Positions 1-10,427 of a DNA stretch of 64,000 nucleotides are shown in pieces (positions within the stretch are counted from its first letter, which is position 1; the number at the start of each line of letters is the position of its first letter). A model generated the notes under the pieces. That model ran no database searches. It was not told where the DNA came from and was given only the letters and a program-made list of their open reading frames with translations. A program made the translations under genes and the position numbers. The stretch lies in the IMG/VR virus record IMGVR_UViG_3300045988_160639. One strand, 5' to 3'. Source of the DNA: a virus.

Positions 1-621
1 ATTCTTGCCAAGACAGTTGATAAATGTATGAGTTGTCTTACCGTATGTATCAGAAGAGTTACCTACAGAAGCACCTTCCTTTTCATAATCATAAACTACT
101 TCAATTGTACCTGCATCGGTTACATCAGTAGGAAGAGAAAGTTTCTTTGCTTCAGCAGCATAAGAGAAATGTGTGCCATCAGCAGCAGAAGCCTGTTCAT
201 ACTTAGTTGTTGTATTATTAACTGTAATAAGAACACTAAGAATTTCAGAACCAGCAGTACCAACAGCAGTTTCAACTGTAGTTACTTCACCAGCATTTGC
301 TTCAAAAGAAATTACTTCTCTCTTTCTGAACTTAATCTTGCCCTCTACAGCATCAGAACCCGTCTGAAGTGACATAAGCGAACCAGAAATATAACCCGAA
401 GAACCAGAACCTTCAACAGCCTTACCCTTCTTGATTGTAAAGAGTGTAGCATCATTCTTACCAGTTACATCAGAACTGTTTTCTGTATTGGAAAGCTTTA
501 CATTCTTGATCTCATCGAGAATATTAATACAAGTATCGTCTGTACGAGAATAGTTTTCAATTGTCTCTACAGATGTAATAGTCCAGTCTTCAAGCATAGT
601 AATAATATTAGCCATAATCAT
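1..621 (-). CDS. Tail tube / major tail-like structural protein, partial (3' end beyond window edge)
   Basis: Minus-strand frame is open from ATG 621 (AAAGGA SD about 5 nt upstream) to position 1. It is missing from the ORF track because it is truncated. Translation is MIMANIITMLEDW...TLFTIKKGKAVEGSGSS..., rich in Thr/Gly/Val/Ser, and it lies downstream of the neck genes. Confidence 0.45.
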   Translation of the reverse strand, partial: MIMANIITMLEDWTITSVETIENYSRTDDTCINILDEIKNVKLSNTENSSDVTGKNDATLFTIKKGKAVEGSGSSGYISGSLMSLQTGSDAVEGKIKFRKREVISFEANAGEVTTVETAVGTAGSEILSVLITVNNTTTKYEQASAADGTHFSYAAEAKKLSLPTDVTDAGTIEVVYDYEKEGASVGNSSDTYGKTTHTFINCLGKN

Positions 622-635
622 CGTATCCTTTCTTT

Positions 636-1421
636 TTATAAAATTATTCTTTTTAACTTAGAGTCTGAAATCTTAGACAAATCAACGTTACCATACCAGT
701 AACCCGTCATAAGACCATCAATCTCTTGGTTTTTATTTATCTGCTTAAATGAAGCATATAAATCATAAATACTCAATTCTTTTACTGTTTCAAAATTATA
801 TTTAAAGGCATTATTATTGACTAAAAATAAAATAACTCCATCTAAAGCGGAAGATGAGGTTGTTTCTCTTTTATTATTTAATCTTTCTAAACGCCTTTTT
901 CGTTTTAATCTTGCACGTTCAAGAATATATTTGCGAGTATCTATTTCTGGAACTTTTGCATATTCTCGATTTTTTGTTGTCAATAAAACAGCACAAAGCA
1001 AATCGGATATATAATTATATATTTGTTTATTAAATATAACATCTCCATTTGAATTTACAAAAACAAAATTATTTTCTGCGTCATCTGCTTTTAAGACAAT
1101 ATCTTTATAATCTAAATTGAGAAATAATGAGTTCCATTTGACGGGAAAATCGGGATTATTTATGTCAGACAAAAATGAACTCATTAGAATAATAAATAAA
1201 CTATACTCATCAACTTCAGTCCAATCTAATCCCATGTCGTCAAGTTCAATCATCATATCTGTAGGTGTTTGAGTAAATAATGATACCATACTTAAATAAT
1301 ATTTTTCGTATCTTTCATACTTGCTATCATTATCCCATATATCTCCTACTTTTGGAATGTTGATTGTTATATTATCATTTACTTCATAAGTGAATTTGTG
1401 TAATAAGCTGAAATTATTCAT
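636..1421 (-). CDS. Hypothetical virion (neck/tail-associated) protein
   Basis: 261-aa ORF in the late operon. Its start overlaps the stop of the upstream gene. No recognised motif. Confidence 0.6.
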   Translation of the reverse strand: MNNFSLLHKFTYEVNDNITINIPKVGDIWDNDSKYERYEKYYLSMVSLFTQTPTDMMIELDDMGLDWTEVDEYSLFIILMSSFLSDINNPDFPVKWNSLFLNLDYKDIVLKADDAENNFVFVNSNGDVIFNKQIYNYISDLLCAVLLTTKNREYAKVPEIDTRKYILERARLKRKRRLERLNNKRETTSSSALDGVILFLVNNNAFKYNFETVKELSIYDLYASFKQINKNQEIDGLMTGYWYGNVDLSKISDSKLKRIIL

Positions 1422-1911
1422 TTTTTAATCGTACCTTGTCAGACCAATCCGTTACCCTAAAGGTTAATAAGCGACCAGTATATTTATTTGAGATATTATA
1501 TTGAATACGATTGGATACAAAATGAATATTTGCAAGACCAAGTAAATCCTTCTCTGAAAACATATTCTTTATTTCTCTGACCAAAATATCATTACAAAGT
1601 CTACCTTTGTAAATAGGAGACTTTCTATGTGTAAATACCCAAAAATAAATAGGCAATTCAATATAAGTTTTGTCTTGTCGAGAAATGATATTTTCATCTA
1701 CGTCATAAAGAATATATGAGCCTGTGTCAGTGATAGTATCGGGAACATACTGTTGAGGGATTATCCTATCCCAAAGCAAGCTATCAGCATCTTCGATACC
1801 AAGAGTATCTTTGCTCAAAAGTGAAATTATCGTTTCATTTGATAACAGCGTGTTTGTTATGACATTACGATAATCTTCAATTAGGTTATCATATTTACCC
1901 ATATCAAACAC
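1414..1911 (-). CDS. Hypothetical head-tail joining-sized protein
   Basis: 165-aa ORF with overlapping start/stop junctions to both neighbours in the late operon. Confidence 0.6.
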   Translation of the reverse strand: MFDMGKYDNLIEDYRNVITNTLLSNETIISLLSKDTLGIEDADSLLWDRIIPQQYVPDTITDTGSYILYDVDENIISRQDKTYIELPIYFWVFTHRKSPIYKGRLCNDILVREIKNMFSEKDLLGLANIHFVSNRIQYNISNKYTGRLLTFRVTDWSDKVRLKNE

Positions 1912-2920
1912 CTCCCGTTATAGTGATCTCAACCATTCCGATATTTTTATTTTTATCTGTGCAAGATAATGTAAATGTCTGATTTACAATATCCTCGTTG
2001 AAGACACATTTAATCTTACAAACATTACCGTTCAAAATAAGTGATATATTCCCATTAAAATCATTATCAACAGACCAAGTAACAGTTTCAGCAGTATTAG
2101 CAGTAAATGTTTTAGCAGACCCACCCACACGAATTATAGGATTACCTGTATATGTAATTTTAATGGACTGACTTGCTTTAGGCTTAAAATAATCACAAAG
2201 CCAATTTTCGATTGAATCAGTATCAGGATCATAAACATCTTCTGTAAATACAAGACAAATCACACGATTTTCACCATAGGATTCACTAACAGTATCTATT
2301 CTTGTAATTCTATACGGTAATGGATTTATGTCATTATAATCAATAAACATTCGTTTTGTACGATTAAGATATACTGTATTATCATCTAATGATGTATAAA
2401 CCAAAAGCTGATTATATCCAAGTGTAAGAATTTTATCTCCTTCTTCACCTGTATTATACTGAGAAGCATTTTCAACATGAAACGGCTGATAAATTATATT
2501 ACCATCGCCATCTTGCCATTTGGCTATGTAATTGCATAAATACAAAACAACTTTTTCATACACTTTGTTATTTGATGGCATAGTCATAATAAGCCAAATA
2601 TTCCATCGTTTATAATCTTCATCATATATCTTTACATATTTATAATCAGATATTGTTTTTAATCTCGTTAATAATTGACGTTGCCAACCTTTAGTTTGTG
2701 TTTCAGGAGACACTCCTTGCAGAATACCTTCTGTTTCGTATTCAAATTCAAATGATTTATCATCATTGTTAAATTTACCTTTGCAAAGAAAAATTTCACT
2801 CGATAGTGGTGTATCTGTTAAAAAATCATCTATACCTAAATCAGCGTTAAATCGGAAATCATTAGTTTCTGCACCTTCTGTGTAATGTGGTGAACTTATC
2901 AAATACCATTCTGCACTCAT
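1904..2920 (-). CDS. Structural protein with C-terminal Ig-like (Big_2-type) domain
   Basis: 338-aa ORF. The C-terminal ~85 aa (KITYTGNPIIRVGGSAKTFTANTAETVTWSVDND...VEITITGG) has the beta-sandwich pattern typical of phage Ig-like decoration domains. Confidence 0.55.
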   Translation of the reverse strand: MSAEWYLISSPHYTEGAETNDFRFNADLGIDDFLTDTPLSSEIFLCKGKFNNDDKSFEFEYETEGILQGVSPETQTKGWQRQLLTRLKTISDYKYVKIYDEDYKRWNIWLIMTMPSNNKVYEKVVLYLCNYIAKWQDGDGNIIYQPFHVENASQYNTGEEGDKILTLGYNQLLVYTSLDDNTVYLNRTKRMFIDYNDINPLPYRITRIDTVSESYGENRVICLVFTEDVYDPDTDSIENWLCDYFKPKASQSIKITYTGNPIIRVGGSAKTFTANTAETVTWSVDNDFNGNISLILNGNVCKIKCVFNEDIVNQTFTLSCTDKNKNIGMVEITITGGV

Positions 2921-2929
2921 AAACTCACC

Positions 2930-3355
2930 TCAATTATAAGCAGTGGGCAACAGCTTATCATAAAATTCTGCTATCTTTGTATCAACGTAATCCAATTCTT
3001 CTTTTGCGTGTGCTTTATCAGCACTGGTATTATTAAGCGTTAAATCTTTTCCAATTATATTAGTACGCTTTATTATCCTATCATACTGACGTTCACAATA
3101 ATAACGCTTTATTGTGTAACCAAGTATTTGTATGTATAAATAAGGAAGTGGAATAAGATTTTCATTTTTATCATAATACAAAAATGAATCCGTGCCTTTA
3201 TCAAATACAAGAGGTTCTATTTCCCTTGAAAATTCCTCCACTGCCATACTAAACCATTGAAATACAAGGTCTGAATTAAGTTGAAATTTTTCTTGAAATG
3301 TGGCTTCAAAAACATTAACCACATCTATATATGTAGTGCTTGCTATTCTCACCAC
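2930..3355 (-). CDS. Hypothetical head-tail connector-sized protein
   Basis: 141-aa ORF in the late operon, tightly packed with its neighbours. Confidence 0.55.
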   Translation of the reverse strand: MVRIASTTYIDVVNVFEATFQEKFQLNSDLVFQWFSMAVEEFSREIEPLVFDKGTDSFLYYDKNENLIPLPYLYIQILGYTIKRYYCERQYDRIIKRTNIIGKDLTLNNTSADKAHAKEELDYVDTKIAEFYDKLLPTAYN

Positions 3356-3365
3356 ATCCTTTCTT

Positions 3366-3902
3366 TTATACTGTCATTCCACAAAGAGCTTCACATTCTC
3401 TTATTTTATTGAAATCATTAAATCCACACTCTCTAATGAGTTTAATAAGAAGAACCTTTTCTGCCTGAGTAGTAAATGTTTTATATATTTCATTTCTAAA
3501 ATCATCAAGACCATTAATTGCAAAAATCTTCTTTACCTTATTCTTATCAATAAGTTCAGATGTGATGTCAAGATAATCTCTTGTTGCCTTATCGTCTATA
3601 TAAATAGTAGCGTGAGTACCATCACCATCACCACGCAGAAGCTTATTGCTGTTTTCATACTGAGAAATTACCTCTGCACGAGATACACGGACAGAACCGC
3701 CAGCATTAATATTTACTTCACCATTAGACTCAATCTTATTAAAGCCCACCATCCAATTAGCAAGATTTTTAAGTGTTATCTTTTCTTCCATACTAAGGGG
3801 CTTTGTTTCTGTAACTTCAACAGGGATTTCATTAGGAATTGTATTTTCAACAGTCTTTGCATTATTAGACGTTTTTGCCATATCTACAATATATCCTTTC
3901 AT
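3366..3902 (-). CDS. Hypothetical late protein
   Basis: 178-aa ORF. An alternative start is at 3881 (MAKTSNN). It is the first gene after the 0.4-kb non-coding gap that follows the capsid gene. Confidence 0.55.
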   Translation of the reverse strand: MKGYIVDMAKTSNNAKTVENTIPNEIPVEVTETKPLSMEEKITLKNLANWMVGFNKIESNGEVNINAGGSVRVSRAEVISQYENSNKLLRGDGDGTHATIYIDDKATRDYLDITSELIDKNKVKKIFAINGLDDFRNEIYKTFTTQAEKVLLIKLIRECGFNDFNKIRECEALCGMTV

Positions 3903-3911
3903 ATATACTAA

Positions 3912-3939
3912 TTAAGGGCTGTTGATTGACAGCCCTTAA
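3912..3939. terminator. Perfect 11-bp stem hairpin (TTAAGGGCTGT / ACAGCCCTTAA), no clear U-tract
   Basis: The inverted repeat was read directly. It lies at the 3' end (minus sense) of the intergenic structured region. It may act as a terminator or a processing/stability hairpin. Confidence 0.4.
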
Positions 3940-3940
3940 C

Positions 3941-4347
3941 AGCATTAAATTTTATAATTTATATTAAAGGTTTGTATCAGAAAGCATACCAATCTGGAAC
4001 TCTCTGCCCTTTGTAACATCAGTTGCACTATATTTTTATTCAACGAGGGACGCTAATCCTCGCCAGTTTTAAACTTCTTTATATTTCTATAAAGGATAGA
4101 CTATATCTTTACCCATTAAGGGCAAGCACCACTTCCATACGCTTGTATGTACTTCCTTACGGAATAGTCGTTGAACTTTACCTTTCGGTCTTAGCTGCTG
4201 ATTATCCATTGTTAAAGTGTTTAGGTTTTAACCTTGCACTATCTATTCAATTTTTTCTACTTTCGTAACATTCACGCTTATACCCTTTAAGGTATTACGT
4301 TGTAGTTTGAATAGTTTTAAGAGTTCCCAGCAATTCAATGCTTATTT
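3941..4347 (-). ncRNA. Candidate structured non-coding RNA downstream of the capsid gene
   Basis: About 400 nt with no credible ORF in an otherwise tightly packed late operon, and locally higher GC. On the minus strand there are several short hairpins capped by GNRA tetraloops (ACC-GAAA-GGT, TTCC-GUAA-GGAA) plus other stems (CGAGG...CCTCG, TACC...GGTA). Confidence 0.3.
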
Positions 4348-5442
4348 TTACGCACATTTTTCAATATACGGAGTCTGCAAAATGTTAAACTCAATATCCA
4401 TACGAGTGAGTACATGACCGGTTGTTATATCATTACCACTGAATGTAGTCAGTCCACCTCTTGTCCAAGACTTAATAGGAGAACCGTACTGACCACCAGT
4501 AGGAACAACAATGGCAAGACCTGCATCGAGCATAGTATCAAAATTATCGCCAGTAGCATTGAGAGAAGAATAATCATAAGGATTTGTCATCTCTGCAAGA
4601 ATAGTTCCGTTATATGCACCGAGAATACCCTTTGTGCGAATATCTCTAAGGTCTTCTGCGGAAATGCCCTGTGTATAACCATATCTGGAAGAATTATATA
4701 CAAATTCAGAGTTATAACCTGCCCAAGGAGTAAACTGCTGAAGAAGTGCATAATCACCAATTACGGTAGCACCTGTGCCAAGTCTTCTTACCTTCTTGAG
4801 AACATCATCAACACCAGCCTTAGTGAGACCTGCACCCTCAAAGAAATACTTTACAGGAGTAGCGTTCTTAACAGCATTGTAAGCATTAGTTACAATAGCC
4901 TTCTTCATCTTATTGATAATATCAATTCTTACCTGATTCTTGCCTTCGTTCTCCTTAGACATATCACCAAGCATAAGTCTGCGGTAATCGGTAGCCCAAC
5001 CGCCAGAAATAGTCTTTGTGCCTACTGCATACTTGTCACCCGTAATTGCAGGGAAAATTACATCAGCGTTAAGTGCCTGCTCACGAGACTTGTCACCAAT
5101 AAACTTCCAAGACTCTACCTCAATAGACTCGTCATATCCAAGAGCTTCAAAATCACCGAATACAGCAAGATTCTGAATTTCTGCGGTAAGAAGAGGCTCA
5201 ACAGAATACTTTCTAATAGTGTTAAGTTCTGCAAGAGACTTAGGATCACCATTAGCAATACCTGCACCAAGTTCCTTGAGTCTATTTACAACAGCGTCTG
5301 TCTTCTTACCGTATTTAGACGTGTCCTTACCATCTGTAAGGGCGGAGAAAATTTCTACAATAGGAGAATTAGGCTTAATCTCATTTGTAAGAGTGACATC
5401 AGAATCACGTCTTACGTTGTTCATTTCAAAAGTCATATCCAT
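4348..5442 (-). CDS. Major capsid protein (HK97-fold type inferred)
   Basis: 364-aa ORF in the canonical portal-scaffold-capsid order. Codon usage looks highly expressed. Confidence 0.6.
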   Translation of the reverse strand: MDMTFEMNNVRRDSDVTLTNEIKPNSPIVEIFSALTDGKDTSKYGKKTDAVVNRLKELGAGIANGDPKSLAELNTIRKYSVEPLLTAEIQNLAVFGDFEALGYDESIEVESWKFIGDKSREQALNADVIFPAITGDKYAVGTKTISGGWATDYRRLMLGDMSKENEGKNQVRIDIINKMKKAIVTNAYNAVKNATPVKYFFEGAGLTKAGVDDVLKKVRRLGTGATVIGDYALLQQFTPWAGYNSEFVYNSSRYGYTQGISAEDLRDIRTKGILGAYNGTILAEMTNPYDYSSLNATGDNFDTMLDAGLAIVVPTGGQYGSPIKSWTRGGLTTFSGNDITTGHVLTRMDIEFNILQTPYIEKCA

Positions 5443-5468
5443 AATTATTATTCATCCTTTCTTATATC

Positions 5469-5939
5469 TTACTTTACAACAACTTCAACAAGCACGCCGT
5501 TACCATCAAAGTTAATCTTCTTAGCAACCTTGAAATATACACCACCGGAAGAAATACCGGTATTATTCTCTACAATCTTGAGATTACCGTCTGTACCGGC
5601 AGCCATAAGAGTTGTGCCAGCAGTAATAGAAGCATAAGTCTCGGAAGAACCGTATGTAATACTATCAGGAGAAACCTGAAGGAACTTACCCTTCCAAGCA
5701 GATACGTCCCAAGCTGTAACAAGCTCACCAGCAGGAGTAATAAAGTCCTTATAAGCATCATCACCCCTACCATAATTAGCAATGAGCTTAATACCAAGAC
5801 CTGTTGTAGGGGCAGAAGCAACTACACCATTTGTAACAGTGCCAAGATAAAAGTTTTTTGTACCACCAGCAGCAGCCTTTACAGTGCCGTCACCGATACC
5901 AGTCTTTTCAATCTGAGAGATTTCATATACCTTAATCAT
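5469..5939 (-). CDS. Small Gly/Thr/Ala-rich head protein (decoration/cement-like)
   Basis: 156-aa ORF between the scaffold and capsid genes. Beta-rich, low-complexity composition. Confidence 0.4.
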   Translation of the reverse strand: MIKVYEISQIEKTGIGDGTVKAAAGGTKNFYLGTVTNGVVASAPTTGLGIKLIANYGRGDDAYKDFITPAGELVTAWDVSAWKGKFLQVSPDSITYGSSETYASITAGTTLMAAGTDGNLKIVENNTGISSGGVYFKVAKKINFDGNGVLVEVVVK

Positions 5940-5962
5940 TTAAAATTTCCACCTTTCTTAAA

Positions 5963-7144
5963 TTAGTAAATAGAACCATCATCGTTACCATTCGCAGAAG
6001 TGTCATCTACGTCAGCAAAAATGTCAATTTTCTTAGAGTTCTGTTCTGCAATAATCTTTGCCTTTTCAGCCTCAGAAGCAATAGTAGCCTTGCCAATACC
6101 CTCATAAATCTTAGCGGTAATAGAATTGATTTCGGACTTGATAGGGTCAGCATTAAATGCTTCGATTTCAGCCTTTGCGTACTCCTTCTGTTCATCTGTA
6201 AAATTAGCAAGAGCGGTATTCATTTCAGCAAGTCTCTTCTCTGCCTTCAATGTACCAAGTTCTCTTTCAAGAGCATCTCTTTCTGCATAGAAACCTTCTC
6301 TTTCAGTTTCCATATCCTGAATTGCCTTCTGAAGCTTCTCTATTTTATCAGACAGGTCATTATTTTCGTTTGTCTTGATTTCGAGAGCAGAATTAAGCTC
6401 AGTAATCTTTGACTCAAACTCCTCATTCTTACTATTACACTCAGAAATAGTAGCCTTAATGGAATCTGTAATCATACCAAGTGTTTTTTCGTCCATCGTT
6501 ATGATTTCCTCCTCATTTTTATTATTTTTATTATTCAATTCAAGCAGTGAAGCTGTATGATCTGATGGCTGAACACCACAGCCAAGGAGAGCATATCCAG
6601 AAAATTCAAATTCAGTTGGTATTCTACCAATATCTTTATACCCATACAAATAAACCAATGCAGGATTATTTTCTGTTCTTACAATTTCCACACTGCCGTA
6701 AATTGTTTCATTATTAGACAGCTTTTCAGATAAAAGGTCAATACAATCAGAATATCTCATATAGTCTAATGTACCTTCGCCTACAAAAACTTTTTTAGTT
6801 TCTCCGTCATCATCTGTAACTTCGTCCATATAAGCCTTATCAAAATGACCTATCGTAGTGGCATTACTAAGTAGGGGAACACCATCTTTATATTCTCCTG
6901 TTTCACCGTGACCAAGAATATCTGTTTTGCTATCATCTGTAAATTCAACAGTAACACTTGAACCGATAAGAGTATCCTTTACATTTTCAACATATTCATC
7001 TATCCAAGTGATACCATTATCATTATATTTTGTGCCTGTTTCATCAACAATACAGGATTTATCATAAATTTCAGCAAGAATAAGTTTAAATCTCTTATAA
7101 CCTGTCTTTTTTTCCTGTTTATTGTTAATTTCAAAAAGTTTCAT
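5963..7144 (-). CDS. Scaffolding protein (C-terminal coiled coil), possible N-terminal protease-like domain
   Basis: 393 aa. The C-terminal half is strongly heptad-like and charged (EEFESKITELNSALEIKTNENNDLSDKIEKLQKAIQDMETERE...). Located between portal and capsid. Confidence 0.5.
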   Translation of the reverse strand: MKLFEINNKQEKKTGYKRFKLILAEIYDKSCIVDETGTKYNDNGITWIDEYVENVKDTLIGSSVTVEFTDDSKTDILGHGETGEYKDGVPLLSNATTIGHFDKAYMDEVTDDDGETKKVFVGEGTLDYMRYSDCIDLLSEKLSNNETIYGSVEIVRTENNPALVYLYGYKDIGRIPTEFEFSGYALLGCGVQPSDHTASLLELNNKNNKNEEEIITMDEKTLGMITDSIKATISECNSKNEEFESKITELNSALEIKTNENNDLSDKIEKLQKAIQDMETEREGFYAERDALERELGTLKAEKRLAEMNTALANFTDEQKEYAKAEIEAFNADPIKSEINSITAKIYEGIGKATIASEAEKAKIIAEQNSKKIDIFADVDDTSANGNDDGSIY

Positions 7145-7164
7145 TATAAATCACCACCTTTCCA

Positions 7165-8736
7165 TCAACTTGTACTCGGTTTAGGCTGATTATTTGTATC
7201 ATTTCCTTGTGATATTAAAGTGTTATCATTGGTTACGTTTTCAACATTGGGTCTTCCACCCTTATCTTCTTCGTTTGAAATACCATCTCCTGATGAATTA
7301 TAAGATGTTGGATGAGGGGTGTACTTATCATCCCATTTTTCTGACTTTTCCATATCCATAAGTGATAGATAAGCATTTAAATCCCAGCCAACAGATGAAA
7401 TCCAAGCAGACTTGCTACCACTACCAGACATATAGAGTTCTTTATTCAAAGCAACAAATTTGTCTCTATTTACAAGACTTGTGGGTAAATAATAAATACT
7501 AATTTCATTATTTTTGTCTTTCACTATATTTTTGTTAATAACATAAGACAATTCATCTGCTATTTCAGTAACCCAAGTATAAATTTTGCTAAACAGAAGC
7601 TCAAGACTAAGCTGCTGAGATGAATAATTTCCACTTTCACCATCAAGAAGACCTAATGCAAAGCCTAAACCCATTGCAATATTTGAATTAAGTTTAGGTT
7701 CAATTTCTTCATTCAGAATATCAACACTTGTATCAACCGAATCAATCTTTGTACCAGCTGCAACCGTAAAGAATGATGTTCCTCCACGATTATTTTTTGT
7801 CATTACTGCACTTTTAACTGTATTATGCTGATTTTCCTGCTGGTCTTTTGTAAGACTGCATCTACCCTTTTCGCCCTCCGGCAACGTCTGATAAATAATT
7901 TTATTGTTCACTTCGCCAAGAACACTTCTTTTAGTAGTAGTAAGATAATCATTATAAAAAATATCAATTAAGGCAGAAATTGTTATAGGTCTTCCATAGG
8001 GTTCACGTTTATTACTTTTGATTTTATGTACAACTGTTTTATTATTATCTAAAACAATCCAATTACCAACAGTTTTACCATTATTCCATTTTTCATATCC
8101 ATTACGAATTTCAAAAGGATAACACTTTAACCTATTTGTCTTCTTCTTCTCATTAGTGAATTGATTGAAATAATCCAAATTAAAAGCAATAACAGGTCGA
8201 TTATTCTTATAACCTCTTATTTTTACATAGTCTACTGGAAGTGGAATCATAGCTACTGAAACATCAGAATTGTTCAGTTCCATAATGCTTGTAATTTCAT
8301 AATCTGAAACATATTTTGTATTATCAGGACTTTGTGCTTGAATATCAAAGTAATAATAGCAAGCTCCATCAAGACAATCCCTAAATAAAAAGTCTCGTAT
8401 GATATTCTTGTCGTGAATATCACATAAAATACTTTCTACCTTTTGCTTATTATCTTTGACTTTCTTTTTGCTTTTACCAGTTGAAGTAAGTATGTGTGAA
8501 AGGCAGGGGAGAGATACTATATAATCAACTGCATTTGACACAATAGGATTTGTATTATATACTCTACGACTAAGTTTTCTTATTTGCTCATTATTTGTAA
8601 TAGGATCGGATAGTATATCTTTGATTTGTTCAGGAGTATAACAAGAAAATAAATCGAAATTCATATTTGCATATACAATATTATTCCATTGTGAATTATA
8701 TTCATAAGAGGGTTCTTTGTTTTCTATATCACTCAT
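7165..8736 (-). CDS. Portal protein
   Basis: 523-aa ORF immediately downstream of the large terminase. Size and position are typical of a portal. Confidence 0.6.
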   Translation of the reverse strand: MSDIENKEPSYEYNSQWNNIVYANMNFDLFSCYTPEQIKDILSDPITNNEQIRKLSRRVYNTNPIVSNAVDYIVSLPCLSHILTSTGKSKKKVKDNKQKVESILCDIHDKNIIRDFLFRDCLDGACYYYFDIQAQSPDNTKYVSDYEITSIMELNNSDVSVAMIPLPVDYVKIRGYKNNRPVIAFNLDYFNQFTNEKKKTNRLKCYPFEIRNGYEKWNNGKTVGNWIVLDNNKTVVHKIKSNKREPYGRPITISALIDIFYNDYLTTTKRSVLGEVNNKIIYQTLPEGEKGRCSLTKDQQENQHNTVKSAVMTKNNRGGTSFFTVAAGTKIDSVDTSVDILNEEIEPKLNSNIAMGLGFALGLLDGESGNYSSQQLSLELLFSKIYTWVTEIADELSYVINKNIVKDKNNEISIYYLPTSLVNRDKFVALNKELYMSGSGSKSAWISSVGWDLNAYLSLMDMEKSEKWDDKYTPHPTSYNSSGDGISNEEDKGGRPNVENVTNDNTLISQGNDTNNQPKPSTS

Positions 8737-8768
8737 AATTTCACCGCCTTTCTATTATTTTTAGATAC

Positions 8769-10427
8769 TTAGTTTATGAAAGTTGCATAATCATAATCAG
8801 AATTATCTATCTCTTGAGCAAATTTGTTTATATACCATAACATATAAATCATAGCAGATACTCGGTCTTTATCTATTTTTTTTACAACCTTATCAATAGT
8901 AATTCCACCATTATTAAGGTGCTTCATTTTTAGATTAGCTGCTTCTTCTATAAAGGCATCAGTTTCCATAAACGGTCTGACATTATCGTCAAATTTATCC
9001 CATTCGCTATCTTCAAAATCACAATCCTGACGTTTTTCAAGAAGTTTTAATTTTCCACTATCTACCATATCTATAAATATTGTTACTATTTCACTCTGAC
9101 AACTTTGTGCTTTGAGGTTATATAATACTTTTGGAGAATTAGGTATTTCTGGTGTGTTATCATCGTTCATTGTATCCCAACAACCTATGCTTTCTTCTGT
9201 TATAGGGTCAAACGATTCCTTCGACAACTCATCAATTAAACCTGCACCAAGACCATTACCATCTACAACAACAGCTTTGGCATTGTACTTTTTGAATATC
9301 TGTTTTACTTTAATTGCTTGTGCTGTGAAGTTTAATATATTAGGAATTTTAATAATATTTACAACATCAATAGATACAATTCTACTTTTATCAGCACTTC
9401 TTCTCACTTTACCAACAACAACAGACGATTGGTTATTTGATGTTTTCTGACTTCGTGCTACGTCAACTCCAAGATAATATTCATCTGTTTCGTTCTTTGA
9501 TTCTATCACTGCTTCCGTAAGAGTACGACAATTCATCAATCTATTTATATTTACTAATGCTCCATCAGAGCAACCAACCCATTCTTGTTCATAGTTTTGT
9601 GCAAAAGCAACAACTGATGAATTTTTCTTTTTTGAAAGTATTTTACTTTTGTTACTACCTCTTCCATACCAACACGGAAGTTGCCAGTTACTTCCAAGAA
9701 CAATTTTCCCCTTCAAATTTTCCATATCATCAATCATAGTAATACTACGTTGATATTCGTCAGAACCTCTAAATCCTGCTGTTGTGAAAAAATGAATTTG
9801 CTGATTTAACTCCATAGGGTCAACGATTGCCAGTTTTCCAACTGTAAGTCTGGGAACTTCAACAACAGGTTCAAGTGCATCTTGAAATAATACATTATTC
9901 AATAAAGCTGACTCCTCTATCTTTAAACGTCTACGTCGTTGTCCTTTAGTAGACTGAGCGTTAGCAATAGCATCAATAGTTGAACCATTCTTAAATTCAA
10001 TAAATGCGTTACCTTTAGAAAACTTGGGGTCATCTTGAAGTTCATTTTTTAATAATGGATATAATTTTGATATTTCATTCCATTTTGCTTTAAGCAAATC
10101 AGCAGCGTTCTCTTTTGTCTGTGCCGACAATGCTAATTCAATGTTAGGGAAAAGCATAGCTACAACAACCATTGATAAAACCTCATCAAATGTTTTACCA
10201 TAACCACGAGAAAATACCCCATACATACTCATAAATCTTACATCACAACGCAAAAAAATTCGTTGATCTAAATGTAGATTTATACCGCCTGTTTCGGGCT
10301 TCATTAAGTCCAAAAGTAAATCAGGATAGAATTTTGCCCAACTTATAAAATTATAATAGTTATGAAGATTTTTACCAAAGATACTATCACTATTTTTTTC
10401 AAACTCTTTTATTCTCTGCTCATTCAT
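8769..10427 (-). CDS. terL: Terminase large subunit
   Basis: 552 aa with a Walker A-like GVFSRGYGKTF near the N-terminus and a C-terminal nuclease-sized domain. It sits upstream of the portal. Confidence 0.75.
   Translation of the reverse strand: MNEQRIKEFEKNSDSIFGKNLHNYYNFISWAKFYPDLLLDLMKPETGGINLHLDQRIFLRCDVRFMSMYGVFSRGYGKTFDEVLSMVVVAMLFPNIELALSAQTKENAADLLKAKWNEISKLYPLLKNELQDDPKFSKGNAFIEFKNGSTIDAIANAQSTKGQRRRRLKIEESALLNNVLFQDALEPVVEVPRLTVGKLAIVDPMELNQQIHFFTTAGFRGSDEYQRSITMIDDMENLKGKIVLGSNWQLPCWYGRGSNKSKILSKKKNSSVVAFAQNYEQEWVGCSDGALVNINRLMNCRTLTEAVIESKNETDEYYLGVDVARSQKTSNNQSSVVVGKVRRSADKSRIVSIDVVNIIKIPNILNFTAQAIKVKQIFKKYNAKAVVVDGNGLGAGLIDELSKESFDPITEESIGCWDTMNDDNTPEIPNSPKVLYNLKAQSCQSEIVTIFIDMVDSGKLKLLEKRQDCDFEDSEWDKFDDNVRPFMETDAFIEEAANLKMKHLNNGGITIDKVVKKIDKDRVSAMIYMLWYINKFAQEIDNSDYDYATFIN

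Noticed and set aside
4414-5637. 407-aa plus-strand ORF (and 5219-5515, 5570-5821)
   Set aside because: It is fully antisense to or overlapping the capsid and decoration genes, has no SD, and its composition is low-complexity (Ser/Ile/Leu/Cys-rich). It is an open antisense frame produced by the codon bias of a highly expressed gene.
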